DNA of 32,000 nucleotides from Synechococcus sp. A15-28 (GTDB lineage: Bacteria; Cyanobacteriota; Cyanobacteriia; PCC-6307; Cyanobiaceae), in assembly GCF_014280175.1 (NCBI RefSeq), contig NZ_CP047931.1, forward strand, positions 1,440,001-1,472,000, given 5' to 3'. The stretch's first letter is position 1, and every line of letters begins with the position of its first letter. Below are positions 1-10,759 of this stretch, piece by piece. Both the position numbers and the translations under genes were made by a program. A model generated the notes under the pieces. It made no database searches and was not told where the DNA came from. It was given only the letters and a program-made list of their open reading frames with translations.

Positions 1-444
1 CCGATGGCGCGGGCGGTGCGCCAGAAACCTGGAGGTCTTGAGGCGGGCTTTGTGGATGCGGAGGGGCAGTGGATTCAGATGAACCCTGCAGTCCCCACCG
101 TCAACCCCAGCACATCGATCACGATCAAAGGTTGGACCGCGGAGCGCAGGACGCTGATTGCGTCCTTGCTGCAGCAGCTCAGCCGCCTCGAGGGCAAGCT
201 GCAACGCATCACCCTGCACCCTGATGGCGCTGTCAGTCTTCGCCATCGCACCCTTGGACGGATTGACCTTGGCGATGACAACCAATTGTTGACCCAACAA
301 ATGGACGCGATTGTTGAACTGAATCAATCCATACCACCGCATCTTTTGCAGGGGAATGGAGCGGTGATCGACCTGAGCAACCCGGAACGCCCGGAAATTC
401 AATTGCCGGTGAAGCCCGCCGCCACGGCTAACGACGACGACTGA
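1..444 (+). CDS. ftsQ: Cell division protein FtsQ, C-terminal part (gene begins before the window)
   Basis: Open frame from the window edge, sits directly upstream of ftsZ; FtsQ-like C-terminal pattern ([45 protein letters not shown]). Confidence 0.7.
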   Translation, partial: PMARAVRQKPGGLEAGFVDAEGQWIQMNPAVPTVNPSTSITIKGWTAERRTLIASLLQQLSRLEGKLQRITLHPDGAVSLRHRTLGRIDLGDDNQLLTQQMDAIVELNQSIPPHLLQGNGAVIDLSNPERPEIQLPVKPAATANDDD

Positions 445-502
445 TAAGAGAGCAACAGCGTTTGCATCCGATCTGCAGACGGTTGAAGCCTTCAGGGACA
501 TA

Positions 503-1648
503 ATGCAGCCAAACCACTGCAAATCGGCCTCGACGATGGAGATGGGGAGCAGAACATCGTTTGATGCCACGGGGATCCAGCCCAGCCAGAACGCCAAGAT
601 TGAGGTGATCGGAGTTGGCGGGGGTGGCAGCAATGCCGTCAACCGGATGATCCTCAGCGATCTGGAGGGTGTTGCCTATCGCGTGCTCAACACCGATGCC
701 CAGGCCCTGATTCAATCCCAGGCGCAGCATCGCCTCCAACTCGGACAAACCCTCACCCGGGGACTCGGGGCCGGTGGCAACCCAACCATCGGGCAGAAGG
801 CAGCCGAAGAATCCCGCACAGACCTGCACGACTCCCTTCAGGGTTCCGATCTGGTCTTCATCGCCGCAGGCATGGGTGGTGGCACCGGAACCGGTGCAGC
901 ACCGGTGGTCGCCGAAGTGGCCCGTGAGGTGGGCGCCCTCACCGTGGGAATCGTGACCAAGCCCTTCGGGTTCGAAGGGCGTCGCCGCATGCGCCAGGCG
1001 GACGAAGGCATCGCCCGCCTGGCAGAGCATGTGGACACACTGATCGTGATTCCCAACGATCGCCTGCGCGAAGCGATCGCCGGGGCCCCGCTTCAGGAGG
1101 CCTTCCGCAGTGCCGATGACGTGCTGCGGATGGGCGTGAAAGGCATCAGCGACATCATCACCTGCCCAGGATTGGTCAATGTCGACTTCGCCGACGTCCG
1201 CTCCGTGATGACGGAAGCGGGAACAGCACTGCTCGGCATCGGCATTGGATCCGGCCGTTCCAGGGCCGTTGAGGCGGCTCAGGCCGCCATCAGCAGTCCA
1301 CTGCTGGAAACCGAGCGCATCGACGGAGCCAAGGGCTGCGTGATCAACATCAGCGGCGGCCGTGATATGACCCTCGAGGATATGACCACAGCTTCTGAGG
1401 TGATCTACGACGTGGTGGATCCTGAGGCGAACATCATCGTCGGTGCCGTCGTCGATGAGGCGCTGGAAGGTGAAATTCACGTCACCGTGATCGCCACCGG
1501 TTTTGACCAGGGTCAGCAATACCGCTGTGAGCGCAGTGGTTCCACTGGTCTTGCAACCCAACCACTTCGCCGGGAGATGGAAGAGAACGGCGCCCGGATC
1601 CCTGAATTTCTTCGTCAGCGGCAGCAACAGAACACCGATCCGTCCTGA
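503..1648 (+). CDS. ftsZ: Cell division protein FtsZ
   Basis: Tubulin/FtsZ signature [41 protein letters not shown]-terminal peptide [10 protein letters not shown]. Start codon may be slightly downstream. Confidence 0.97.
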   Translation: MQPNHCKSASTMEMGSRTSFDATGIQPSQNAKIEVIGVGGGGSNAVNRMILSDLEGVAYRVLNTDAQALIQSQAQHRLQLGQTLTRGLGAGGNPTIGQKAAEESRTDLHDSLQGSDLVFIAAGMGGGTGTGAAPVVAEVAREVGALTVGIVTKPFGFEGRRRMRQADEGIARLAEHVDTLIVIPNDRLREAIAGAPLQEAFRSADDVLRMGVKGISDIITCPGLVNVDFADVRSVMTEAGTALLGIGIGSGRSRAVEAAQAAISSPLLETERIDGAKGCVINISGGRDMTLEDMTTASEVIYDVVDPEANIIVGAVVDEALEGEIHVTVIATGFDQGQQYRCERSGSTGLATQPLRREMEENGARIPEFLRQRQQQNTDPS

Positions 1649-1655
1649 CGGAATT

Positions 1656-1755
1656 GGGTGACCCGGAATCCACGCCTGCTCTGAGCATCCCGTGTGGCTG
1701 CTCCCTTCCGGGCCTGACCAGATTTGGGTGTCCGAGCCGCATGGCCCGAGTCCCC
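1656..1755 (-). ncRNA. ffs: Signal recognition particle RNA (bacterial small/4.5S type)
   Basis: Reverse complement contains the conserved domain IV loop GGTCAGGCCCGGAAGGGAGCAGCC, flanked by partly complementary ends (GGGGACTCGG.../...CCGGGTCACCC). Ends approximate. Confidence 0.9.
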
Positions 1756-1792
1756 TTGATGCTAGCAATGAGCGCTGAGGCCCTATGCGCCC

Positions 1793-2596
1793 GTGCGTCC
1801 AGCTGATCTGATCCGACAGAAGCAGAACGGTCGACCGATCACGATCCTCACGGCCTGGGACAGTATGTCTGCGGCGCTGGTGGAAGCCGCTGGCGCCGAT
1901 GCTGTTCTGGTGGGTGACTCCCTGGCGATGGTCGCCCTGGGCCATGCCACCACGCTGCCGGTGACGCTCGATCAGATGCGGCACCACACCCTTGCTGTGA
2001 GCCGCGGATTCAACGCAGAACCCTCGCGGCAACCGCTGCTGATCTGCGACCTTCCCTTCCTCAGCTATCAATGTGGGCCGGACCTCGCCGTACAGGCGGC
2101 AGGAACGCTGTTGAAGGAAACCCCCGCCGCCGCCGTCAAGCTCGAGGGAGCGGAGGCTGAGGTTCTGGCCGCGATCGACCGGCTGGTGCGGATGGGGATT
2201 CCCGTGATGGGCCACTTGGGGCTCACACCGCAGGCGGTGCATCGCCTCGGCTATAGGCGTCAGGCTCAAGACCCGGTCAGTCAGGAACGGCTGCTCAACC
2301 AGGCGATTGCCTTAGAGCAGGCAGGGTGCTTCGCGCTCGTGCTGGAACATGTCCCCTCGGATCTGGCAGGGGTGGTGCGTCGTCGTCTTCAGATCCCTGT
2401 GATCGGCATCGGTGCCGGAGACGACTGCGATGGCCAGATCCGCGTCACCGCAGACCTGCTCGGCCTGACGCAGCAACAGCCACCCTTCAGTCCGGCCTTG
2501 ATTCCTGGGCAGCAGCTGTTTGTGGAGGCCCTTCGGACGTGGGTTGCTGAACAGACTCCCACCACAACACCACCTCCAGCAGCACCCGATTGCTGA
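1793..2596 (+). CDS. panB: 3-methyl-2-oxobutanoate hydroxymethyltransferase
   Basis: PanB motifs [56 protein letters not shown]; GTG start. Confidence 0.95.
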   Translation: MRPADLIRQKQNGRPITILTAWDSMSAALVEAAGADAVLVGDSLAMVALGHATTLPVTLDQMRHHTLAVSRGFNAEPSRQPLLICDLPFLSYQCGPDLAVQAAGTLLKETPAAAVKLEGAEAEVLAAIDRLVRMGIPVMGHLGLTPQAVHRLGYRRQAQDPVSQERLLNQAIALEQAGCFALVLEHVPSDLAGVVRRRLQIPVIGIGAGDDCDGQIRVTADLLGLTQQQPPFSPALIPGQQLFVEALRTWVAEQTPTTTPPPAAPDC

Positions 2597-3710
2597 GGGC
2601 CATCCCCTCCGGATCCCTGAGTTGCCAGCGACCGGACCGTTTCTGCAGCAGCCCCTGATCCAGAAATGGTTTCCAGCGCTGCTCGAGAGCCGGACCATTG
2701 CTGCTGGGTAAGACAACACCCTCCCGACGCCGCAATCCCACGAGCAAAAGATCGTCTAGTGGCATCCCGGCCCCATTCGCCACCGGCGGAGGCATCTCCA
2801 GCCAGCTGCGATAGGCATCCCGGGTTCGAGGCCGAGCCAACCGTTCCCCCCGAACAGCCGACGTGGCGCCCATGCCAAAGCCCCACCAGCCGGCACCACT
2901 CCAGTACACCCGGTTGTGGCGTGAGGCGTGTCCAGGTCGGGCATGGTTGGAGATCTCATATCGGCTCAGCCCAGCGGCTGCCAGCCGCGCGCTGGTGTGG
3001 GCCATCAAACGCACCGCCAGGTCCTCCTCAGGCAGCTCCAGCTGCGCCCGCTCAGCTCTTCGGGCGAAGACTGTTCCAGGCTCAACCGACAGGTCATAGA
3101 CCGAGAGATGTGGCGCCTGCGACGCAAGGGCCTGGTCCAGCTGATCGTCCCAGTGGTCAAAGGTCTGGCCAGGCAGGTTCTGAATCAGATCAAGGCTCCA
3201 GCTCTCCAATTCCCCGTCTCGATGGGCCGCCTGCATCCAGTGGCAGGCCTCCAGCAGGTCAGCCCTCCGATGACGGCGGCCAAGGTCGACCAGAACAGCG
3301 TCATCAAAGCTCTGGCCCCCCAGGCTGATGCGGTTCACCCCAGCAGCCAGCACCGCCACGAGTTGGGCTTGATCAAAACTGGCAGGGTCCATCTCAAGGG
3401 TGATTTCCGCACCCGGCTGCAGGCCGAATTGCTGACGCAAGGCTGAAAGCAGTGCGCCGATCTGATCCGCCGTCAGCAGGGAGGGAGTGCCGCCACCGAT
3501 GTAGACGGTCGACAACGGTGGACCACTTGGAGCGGCAGCGATCTCGCGATGAATCAGCTGCAGGTACTCCGCAATGGAGCGGCTGCCCGGACCATCCCTT
3601 GCATCCACGCGATCCCCCAGCGGAACCACAGCGAAATCGCAGTAGTAACAGCGGCGATGGCAGAAAGGAATGTGGAGATAGGCGCTGCGGGGAGGAGGTG
3701 GATAGGGCAT
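2487..3710 (-). CDS. hemW: Radical SAM HemW-like (coproporphyrinogen III oxidase-like) protein
   Basis: [14 protein letters not shown] (CxxxCxxC radical SAM cluster with HemW context), [30 protein letters not shown]. Start chosen at [16 protein letters not shown]; the open frame extends to 3833. Confidence 0.9.
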   Translation of the reverse strand: MPYPPPPRSAYLHIPFCHRRCYYCDFAVVPLGDRVDARDGPGSRSIAEYLQLIHREIAAAPSGPPLSTVYIGGGTPSLLTADQIGALLSALRQQFGLQPGAEITLEMDPASFDQAQLVAVLAAGVNRISLGGQSFDDAVLVDLGRRHRRADLLEACHWMQAAHRDGELESWSLDLIQNLPGQTFDHWDDQLDQALASQAPHLSVYDLSVEPGTVFARRAERAQLELPEEDLAVRLMAHTSARLAAAGLSRYEISNHARPGHASRHNRVYWSGAGWWGFGMGATSAVRGERLARPRTRDAYRSWLEMPPPVANGAGMPLDDLLLVGLRRREGVVLPSSNGPALEQRWKPFLDQGLLQKRSGRWQLRDPEGMALSNRVLLEVVLWWESVQQPTSEGPPQTAAAQESRPD

Positions 3711-3749
3711 GCTGCGAACGTTCGACCTGAGCTGCCACGACCTGAGCCC

Positions 3750-4895
3750 ATGGTGGATCTGCTCATCCTGCTTCTGTTTGTGGGGTCCGGCGCAGCCGCC
3801 GGATGGCTCGGCATTCATCTGCTGCCGGAGCAACTGGTCAACCCGGACACAGATGCTGAACAGTTACGTCTGATCCTTACCGCAGGTGGCGGAGGAGCGG
3901 GTCTGCTGGCGGGGCTGGTGTTCAAGCGGCTACGGGTCCGCTTGATGCAGCAGGTGCGGACCATGCCGACGGATCTGCTGGTCAGCAGGGCGGTCGGTCT
4001 GATCCTGGGTCTGCTGGTAGCCAATCTGCTGCTGCTGCCGGTGCTGCTGCTGCCGTTTGCCGGTGGGGTGGTGCTGCTGAAGCCGTTGCTGGCAGTCATC
4101 AGCAACGTGTTCTTCGGCATCCTGGGCAGCAACCTGGCCGAGGTCCATGGACGGACCCTGCTGCGTCTTCTCAATCCCTCCAGCACCGAAGCCCTGCTGG
4201 TGGCGGACGGGGTGCTGACCCCGGCGACCGCCAAAATTCTCGACACCAGCGTGATCATCGACGGACGCATCCGAGGAATGCTCGCCTGCGGATTGTTGGA
4301 AGGCCAGGTGATCGTGGCGGAGTCGGTGATCAGCGAGATGCAGCAGCTTTCTGACTCGACCAACATCGAAAAGCGCGCCAAGGGCCGCCGCGGCCTCAAG
4401 TTGCTGAAGGATCTGCGCGAGACCTATGGCCGACGGCTGGTGATCAACAGCACGAGATACGACGGAAACGGCACCGATGATCGTCTGTTGCAACTGGCGG
4501 ATGACACCGGAGGAACCCTGGTGACCGCTGACTTCAATCTGGCGCAGGTGGCCACTGTCAAGAACCTCAAGGTGATGAACCTGAGTGAGCTGGTGATCGC
4601 CCTGCGCCCGGAGGTCCAGCCCGGCGACGAGCTCAATCTCAAGATCGTGCGCGAAGGCAAGGAGGAGAGCCAGGGGGTGGGCTACCTCGATGACGGAACG
4701 ATGGTGGTGGTCAACGACGCCAAGCCCCTGATCGGGCAGCGCAAGCCGGTGGTGGTCACCGGCGCCCTGCAGACCCCAACGGGTCGGATGGTCTTTGCCC
4801 GGCTCGGAACCGGAACATCAGCCGCAGGATCAAAGGTGAAAAGCAAGGGCAAACCGTCCAGACCGAACAGCCCCAGGACCGAAGGCCCCCGCTAG
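3750..4895 (+). CDS. Membrane-anchored PIN/TRAM domain protein (putative RNase)
   Basis: N-terminal TM segments, then KILDTSVIIDGRI...VIVAESVISEMQ...DDTGGTLVTADFNLAQVA (PIN domain) and a TRAM-like C-terminus (LNLKIVREGKEESQGVGYLDDGTMVVV). Confidence 0.85.
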   Translation: MVDLLILLLFVGSGAAAGWLGIHLLPEQLVNPDTDAEQLRLILTAGGGGAGLLAGLVFKRLRVRLMQQVRTMPTDLLVSRAVGLILGLLVANLLLLPVLLLPFAGGVVLLKPLLAVISNVFFGILGSNLAEVHGRTLLRLLNPSSTEALLVADGVLTPATAKILDTSVIIDGRIRGMLACGLLEGQVIVAESVISEMQQLSDSTNIEKRAKGRRGLKLLKDLRETYGRRLVINSTRYDGNGTDDRLLQLADDTGGTLVTADFNLAQVATVKNLKVMNLSELVIALRPEVQPGDELNLKIVREGKEESQGVGYLDDGTMVVVNDAKPLIGQRKPVVVTGALQTPTGRMVFARLGTGTSAAGSKVKSKGKPSRPNSPRTEGPR

Positions 4896-4925
4896 GCTCC
4901 TGCCACACGAGCCGAAGCGCGGTAG

Positions 4926-5594
4926 ATGACGACGTCAGCCCCCTATTACGGCGATAGCGCCGTGATGCGGACTCCCCCTCCAGATCTTCCTTCCCTGCTG
5001 TTGAAGGAACGGATCGTTTATCTGGGACTCCCCCTGTTTTCGGACGACGATGCCAAGCGTCAGATGGGGATCGATGTCACCGAGCTGATCATTGCTCAGC
5101 TTCTTTATTTGGAGTTCGATAACCCCGAGAAGCCGATTTACTTCTATATCAACTCCACGGGAACCAGCTGGTATTCGGGTGATGCCATCGGCTTCGAGAC
5201 CGAAGCTTTCGCCATCTGCGACACCCTCCGCTATGTGAAGCCGCCGGTGCACACCATCTGCATCGGCCAGGCCATGGGAACGGCTGCGGTGATTCTCTCT
5301 GCCGGCACCAAGGGGCAACGGGCAGCCCTCCCCCATTCCTCGATCGTTCTGCATCAACCCCGCAGCGGCGCCCAGGGGCAGGCAACGGATATCCAGATCC
5401 GTGCCAAGGAAGTGCTGCACAACAAGCAGGCCATGCTTGAAATTCTCTCCACCAACACCGGGCGTTCGGCGGAGGAGTTGAGCAAGGATTCCGACCGGAT
5501 GAGCTACCTGACTCCCGATCAGGCTGTGGAGTACGGCCTGATTGACCGGGTGCTGAGCAGCCGCAAGGAGCTGCCCACCAGCCCGGCCATCTGA
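4926..5594 (+). CDS. clpR: ATP-dependent Clp protease ClpR subunit (ClpP-like, predicted non-catalytic)
   Basis: ClpP fold motifs, but the nucleophile region reads IGQAMGTAAVILSAG instead of [11 protein letters not shown]; immediately upstream of a catalytic clpP. Confidence 0.9.
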   Translation: MTTSAPYYGDSAVMRTPPPDLPSLLLKERIVYLGLPLFSDDDAKRQMGIDVTELIIAQLLYLEFDNPEKPIYFYINSTGTSWYSGDAIGFETEAFAICDTLRYVKPPVHTICIGQAMGTAAVILSAGTKGQRAALPHSSIVLHQPRSGAQGQATDIQIRAKEVLHNKQAMLEILSTNTGRSAEELSKDSDRMSYLTPDQAVEYGLIDRVLSSRKELPTSPAI

Positions 5595-5637
5595 TTCATC
5601 CCCTTCCGTTTCCTCACGTTTCCCTCTCCTCTGACCC

Positions 5638-6240
5638 ATGCCGATCGGTACTCCCAGCGTTCCCTACCGCCTTCCCGGCAGCCAGATGGAGCGCTGGGTC
5701 GACATCTACACCCGCCTCGGGGTGGAACGGATCCTGTTTCTTGGCTCCGAAGTCAATGACGGCATCGCCAACAGCCTGGTGGCTCAGATGCTCTACCTCG
5801 ACTCAGAAGACAGCAGCAAACCGATCTATTTGTACATCAACTCTCCCGGCGGCTCGGTCACGGCAGGCCTCGCGATCTACGACACCATCCAATACGTCAA
5901 GAGCGAGGTGGTGACCATCTGCGTGGGCCTGGCCGCCTCCATGGGTGCTTTCCTGCTGGCAGCGGGCACAAAGGGCAAGCGGGTCGCGCTGCCCCACAGC
6001 CGGATCATGATCCACCAGCCCCTCGGGGGAACCAGTCGCCGTCAGGCCAGCGACATCGAGATCGAGGCCCGCGAAATTTTGCGGATGAAGGAGATGCTCA
6101 ACCGCTCCCTCTCCGACATGAGTGGCCAGAGCTTTGAAAAAATCGAGAAGGACACCGACCGGGACTACTTCCTCAGTGCCGAGGAAGCCAAGGAGTATGG
6201 CCTGATCGACCGGGTGATCTCCCACCCCAACGAAGCCTGA
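5638..6240 (+). CDS. clpP: ATP-dependent Clp protease proteolytic subunit ClpP
   Basis: [19 protein letters not shown] (Ser), [10 protein letters not shown] (His), [24 protein letters not shown] (Asp). Confidence 0.97.
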   Translation: MPIGTPSVPYRLPGSQMERWVDIYTRLGVERILFLGSEVNDGIANSLVAQMLYLDSEDSSKPIYLYINSPGGSVTAGLAIYDTIQYVKSEVVTICVGLAASMGAFLLAAGTKGKRVALPHSRIMIHQPLGGTSRRQASDIEIEAREILRMKEMLNRSLSDMSGQSFEKIEKDTDRDYFLSAEEAKEYGLIDRVISHPNEA

Positions 6241-7296
<1,056 letters not shown>

Positions 7297-7300
7297 AGCC

Positions 7301-8293
7301 GTGCCTCTCCAGCCCGATGTCCTGGCGGTTGCCGCCGCCATCGGGCTGGACTGGTCATTGGGAGACCCGTGCTGGATACTGCATCCGGTGGTGGTCATGG
7401 GCTGGTGGATCCAGACCCTGCGACGCATCCTGGAGCCCTGGGCGCAGGACTCCCCCTGGAGACTTCGCCTCAGCGGCGGATTCATCACCCTGGCCCTGGT
7501 GTGCGGCAGCGGACTGGTGGGCTGGGGTATGGAATGGCTGAGCCGGGCTGCTGGCCCGTGGGGATGGCCTGTGCTGGTGGTCGCCCTGGCCAGCGCCCTG
7601 GCCGGTCGCAGCCTTCATGGCAGCGTCATGACGGTGCTTCAGGCCCTGCCTGACGCGGCAACGGATGAGCCCACACTCGCGCGGCAGAAGCTCAGTTGGA
7701 TTGTCGGCCGTGATGTGAGCCAGCTGGACCGGGTGGGCATCCTGCGGGCCTGTGCTGAAACCGCGTCAGAGAACGCCGTGGACGGGCTGTTCGCACCGCT
7801 GTTCTGGATGGCTGCAGGCTGCCTGCTCTGGCGCCTGAACCCGGCCGGACCAGGACCACTGGCGCTGGCCTGGATGTTCAAGGCCTCCAGCACCCTCGAT
7901 TCCATGCTCGGTTACCGCCGTGGACTATTGCGCTGGCTCGGAACCGCCGGTGCCCGGCTTGATGATCTGCTCACCTGGCTGCCCTGCCGTCTGGTGATGC
8001 TCACCCTGCCGCTGGTGAGCGCCCCCTGGAACCGCTGGTTTGCGCTGGTGCGAGCAGCGGAACGGGATGGAGCCCCGGATCCCTCCCCCAACGCCGGTCG
8101 CTCGGAAGCGATCTATGCCCATTGCGCTGAAGTTCGGCTTGGCGGCCGCAATAGATATGGCGCGACATGGGTCGAAAAACCTTTACTGGCAGCCGATCGG
8201 CCGGAACCCGACCGCCAAGCCATCCAAAGGATCCTCAGCCTGACGATTCGGCTTGAGCTGCTGTGGATCGTGCTGCTGGGGCTGATTCAGTAG
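7301..8293 (+). CDS. cobD: Adenosylcobinamide-phosphate synthase CobD/CbiB
   Basis: DWSLGDPCWILHPVVVMG, RCLSWIVGRD-like QKLSWIVGRDVSQLD, CAETASENAVDGLFAPLFW; membrane protein. Confidence 0.9.
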   Translation: MPLQPDVLAVAAAIGLDWSLGDPCWILHPVVVMGWWIQTLRRILEPWAQDSPWRLRLSGGFITLALVCGSGLVGWGMEWLSRAAGPWGWPVLVVALASALAGRSLHGSVMTVLQALPDAATDEPTLARQKLSWIVGRDVSQLDRVGILRACAETASENAVDGLFAPLFWMAAGCLLWRLNPAGPGPLALAWMFKASSTLDSMLGYRRGLLRWLGTAGARLDDLLTWLPCRLVMLTLPLVSAPWNRWFALVRAAERDGAPDPSPNAGRSEAIYAHCAEVRLGGRNRYGATWVEKPLLAADRPEPDRQAIQRILSLTIRLELLWIVLLGLIQ

Positions 8294-8904
8294 GCGCCGC
8301 GGTCCATCGGCAGCAGCAACACCCCGAAGGTGCGCAGGATGATGGCCAGATCGAGCTTGAAGGAGCGACCCCTGGCGTAAGCCAGGTCCAACTTGACGCG
8401 TTTCTTGTAACTGAGGTTGTTGCGACCGCTCACCTGCCAAAGCCCTGTGAGCCCTGGACGCACCGAAGCCACTTCATCCATGTAGTCGCCGTAGCGCACC
8501 AGCTCCTTGTCCACGATCGGCCGGGGGCCCACCACGCTCATCTCACCACGCAGCACGTTGAGGAACTGCGGCAGTTCGTCCAGGCTGGAACGGCGCAGAA
8601 AACGGCCGATGGAAGTGATGCGTGGGTCGCGCTTGAGCTTGAAGTCCCGTTCGTATTCGGCCCGGAGGGCTGGATCCTCCTCAAGCACCTTGGCCAGAAC
8701 GGCATCCGCATCCGGACGCATCGTGCGGAACTTGATGCATCCGAAACGCTGGTAACCCCGGCCAACGCGCCGTTGCACATAGAAGATCGGCCCTGGCGAG
8801 CTGAGCTTCACCAGCAGGGCCAGAAACAGCAGGACTGGGGAGCCAAGGCCCAGAACAGCCAGGGAGAACAGGATGTCACCACTGCGTTTCAGGCCGCGTC
8901 CCAT
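8287..8904 (-). CDS. Bacterial sugar transferase (undecaprenyl-phosphate sugar phosphotransferase type)
   Basis: MGRGLKRSGDILFSLAVLGLGSPVLL...SSPGPIFYVQRRVGRGYQRFGCIKFRTM...LRRSSLDELPQFLNVLRGEMSVVGPRPI...RPGLTGLWQVSGRN. Start may lie further upstream. Confidence 0.92.
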   Translation of the reverse strand: MGRGLKRSGDILFSLAVLGLGSPVLLFLALLVKLSSPGPIFYVQRRVGRGYQRFGCIKFRTMRPDADAVLAKVLEEDPALRAEYERDFKLKRDPRITSIGRFLRRSSLDELPQFLNVLRGEMSVVGPRPIVDKELVRYGDYMDEVASVRPGLTGLWQVSGRNNLSYKKRVKLDLAYARGRSFKLDLAIILRTFGVLLLPMDRGAY

Positions 8905-9076
8905 GCGGCTCTGCTGGCGGATCAGAGTGCCGGCCGGCAACAGCGAAGCCGGCGCCGAAATCACGGCCAGATGCGGCTTGTAAGAGCTTCGACCGATGGC
9001 CCGCCCGGCAGCCTGTCGCAAGGAAGGGCGGGGGGCCGTGGTCAAAGACTCAACTTGCGTCTCATCACACTCAACG

Positions 9077-10306
9077 TCACAGCTGCAGGGCTGGCATCTC
9101 AGCGGGGTCACTCGCTGCAACGGCACAGCGGCCCTGATGGGCCGTCCAGGCCTGTCGCAACGTCGCCTCAAAACGGGTCTTGAAGGCTTCCGGTCGGAAC
9201 CGCTCCGCCCATTGCCGGATCGCACCGGCATCCAGCTGACGCCAGATCCGGTTCTGCTCAAACCAGCTCACCGCTTCCATAAGGGAGCCGACGTTCTGAT
9301 CAGGGAACAGCACACCCGTGGCCTGCTCGAGACCGCCCGTGGCGCAGCGCACGGTATCCAGCAGCCCTCCGCGGCCAAGGCCGATCACCGGGGCTCCCGC
9401 CGCCATCGCCTCCACCGGGGCGATGCCGAAATCCTCCAGACCGGCGTAGACAAAAGCCCGACAGGAGGACATCAGGGCTTCCACCTGCTCCTGGCTCTGC
9501 CGCCCCAACAGGGTCACCGTGGGACCCGCGAGGGCCTCCAGCCGCTCCCGCTCCGGGCCGTCACCCACCACCAGCAACGGCAGCCCCAGGCGATTGAAGG
9601 CCTCCACCACCAGATCCACACGCTTGTAGGGCACCAGCCGGCAGAGGCAGAGGTAGCTGTCGTCGCGCGCTCCATCCCAGCGGAAACGCTCCACCGCAAC
9701 CGGTGGGTGCAACACCTGGGCCTGACGCCCCCAGAACTTCTGAATGCGGCGGGCGGTGAAGCGGGAATTCGCCAGCAGGTGATCCACCCGCTGGGCGCTG
9801 AGCTGATCCCACTGGCGCAGGGCATGCAGCTGCCAGCGAATCAGAGGGCCAAACCCCCGCCGTGCCAAGGCGGAACGGCTGAGGTAGGCATGCATCTGAT
9901 CCCAGGCGTAGCGCACGGGTGTGTGGACGTAGCTGAGATGCAGCTGATCCGGAGCCGTCATCACCCCCTTGGCCACCAGATGACTGCTGCTGATCACCAG
10001 CTCGGCATCCCCCAGGTCGATCTGCTCAATGGCCAGGGTGAGCAGCGGCAGATATTGCTGGACGTGGCTTACGCCCCAGGGCAATTGCTGAATCGGGCTG
10101 GTGCGGATGTGGCGCCCGAACAGCCAGCTGCCGGGACGTGCTGACTCGCCATCCACCAGCGCCGCCAACTGCGGCGTGCGTTGAAGGCTACAGAGCAGGG
10201 CATCGATGGCCTGAACCACCAGCTCCGCACCACCGGTGGACCGTGGCGAGAACCACTCATGGGCCAGGGCGATGCGCCGCGGTAGATCCTCCTTCGCTGG
10301 AGCCAT
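9077..10306 (-). CDS. Glycosyltransferase family 4 (group 1) protein
   Basis: RIALAHEWFSPRSTGGAE, LLANSRFTARRIQKFWGRQAQVLHPPV, GDGPERERLEALAG, EDFGIAPVEAMAAGAPVIGLGRGG. Confidence 0.92.
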   Translation of the reverse strand: MAPAKEDLPRRIALAHEWFSPRSTGGAELVVQAIDALLCSLQRTPQLAALVDGESARPGSWLFGRHIRTSPIQQLPWGVSHVQQYLPLLTLAIEQIDLGDAELVISSSHLVAKGVMTAPDQLHLSYVHTPVRYAWDQMHAYLSRSALARRGFGPLIRWQLHALRQWDQLSAQRVDHLLANSRFTARRIQKFWGRQAQVLHPPVAVERFRWDGARDDSYLCLCRLVPYKRVDLVVEAFNRLGLPLLVVGDGPERERLEALAGPTVTLLGRQSQEQVEALMSSCRAFVYAGLEDFGIAPVEAMAAGAPVIGLGRGGLLDTVRCATGGLEQATGVLFPDQNVGSLMEAVSWFEQNRIWRQLDAGAIRQWAERFRPEAFKTRFEATLRQAWTAHQGRCAVAASDPAEMPALQL

Positions 10307-10382
10307 CACAGCGCAACCCACCCAACGCAACGAAGTCTCTCAGCCCATTGCGGCGCCGGCGCCTGGTGACGATGCTTGCGGC

Positions 10383-10640
10383 ATGTCCAGCACGAACACC
10401 ACGATCAACCTCCTGCTCGAGGAGGCTCTGAATGAACCGGACATCGGCACCACGAACCGGTTCCGATGGCATGCCACTGCGGTGGGGATCGCTGCGCTGT
10501 GGACGGACGAGTCATCTCCTACCACACCACCGTTTGAGGATGCCCTGCAGGAGGGACTCAAGGTGGGGCTGGACCTCAGTCGCGAGGAACGGGAATTCCA
10601 CCAGGTGCAACAGGGCCTGGTGCTGCTGTTTCACTCCTGA
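10383..10640 (+). CDS. Small hypothetical protein (85 aa)
   Basis: ATG-initiated frame MSSTNTTINLLLEEALNEPDIG...; in an otherwise intergenic space between GT4 and tRNA-Ser. Confidence 0.55.
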   Translation: MSSTNTTINLLLEEALNEPDIGTTNRFRWHATAVGIAALWTDESSPTTPPFEDALQEGLKVGLDLSREEREFHQVQQGLVLLFHS

Positions 10641-10646
10641 TCAGAA

Positions 10647-10733
10647 CGGAGAGGGTGGGATTCGAACCCACGAGGGTGTGACCCCTACACGATTTCGAGT
10701 CGTGCGCAATCAACCGGACTCTGCCACCTCTCC
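10647..10733 (-). tRNA. tRNA-Ser, anticodon CGA
   Basis: Reverse complement GGAGAGGTGGCAGAGTCCGGTTGATTGCGCACGACTCGAAATCGTGTAGGGGTCACACCCTCGTGGGTTCGAATCCCACCCTCTCCG: full acceptor stem, anticodon loop CTCGAAA, long variable arm, T arm GGTTCGAATCC. Confidence 0.96.
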
Positions 10734-10759
10734 ACACGCCAGACCGGCGTGGTCAGACT

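Noticed and set aside
428-2269. 613-aa ORF on the minus strand across ftsZ, the SRP RNA and panB
   Set aside because: Shadow ORF: antisense to two unmistakable genes and an RNA gene, low-complexity His/Gly/Arg-rich composition typical of GC-rich antisense frames, no recognisable domain.
8996-10144. 382-aa plus-strand ORF opposite the GT4 glycosyltransferase
   Set aside because: Antisense shadow of a gene with clear GT4 motifs; His/Gln/Arg-rich composition.
8287-10306. Sugar transferase plus GT4 as a new polysaccharide locus
   Set aside because: Only two generic envelope-glycan enzymes and no flippase, polymerase or export genes; not enough to propose a locus.
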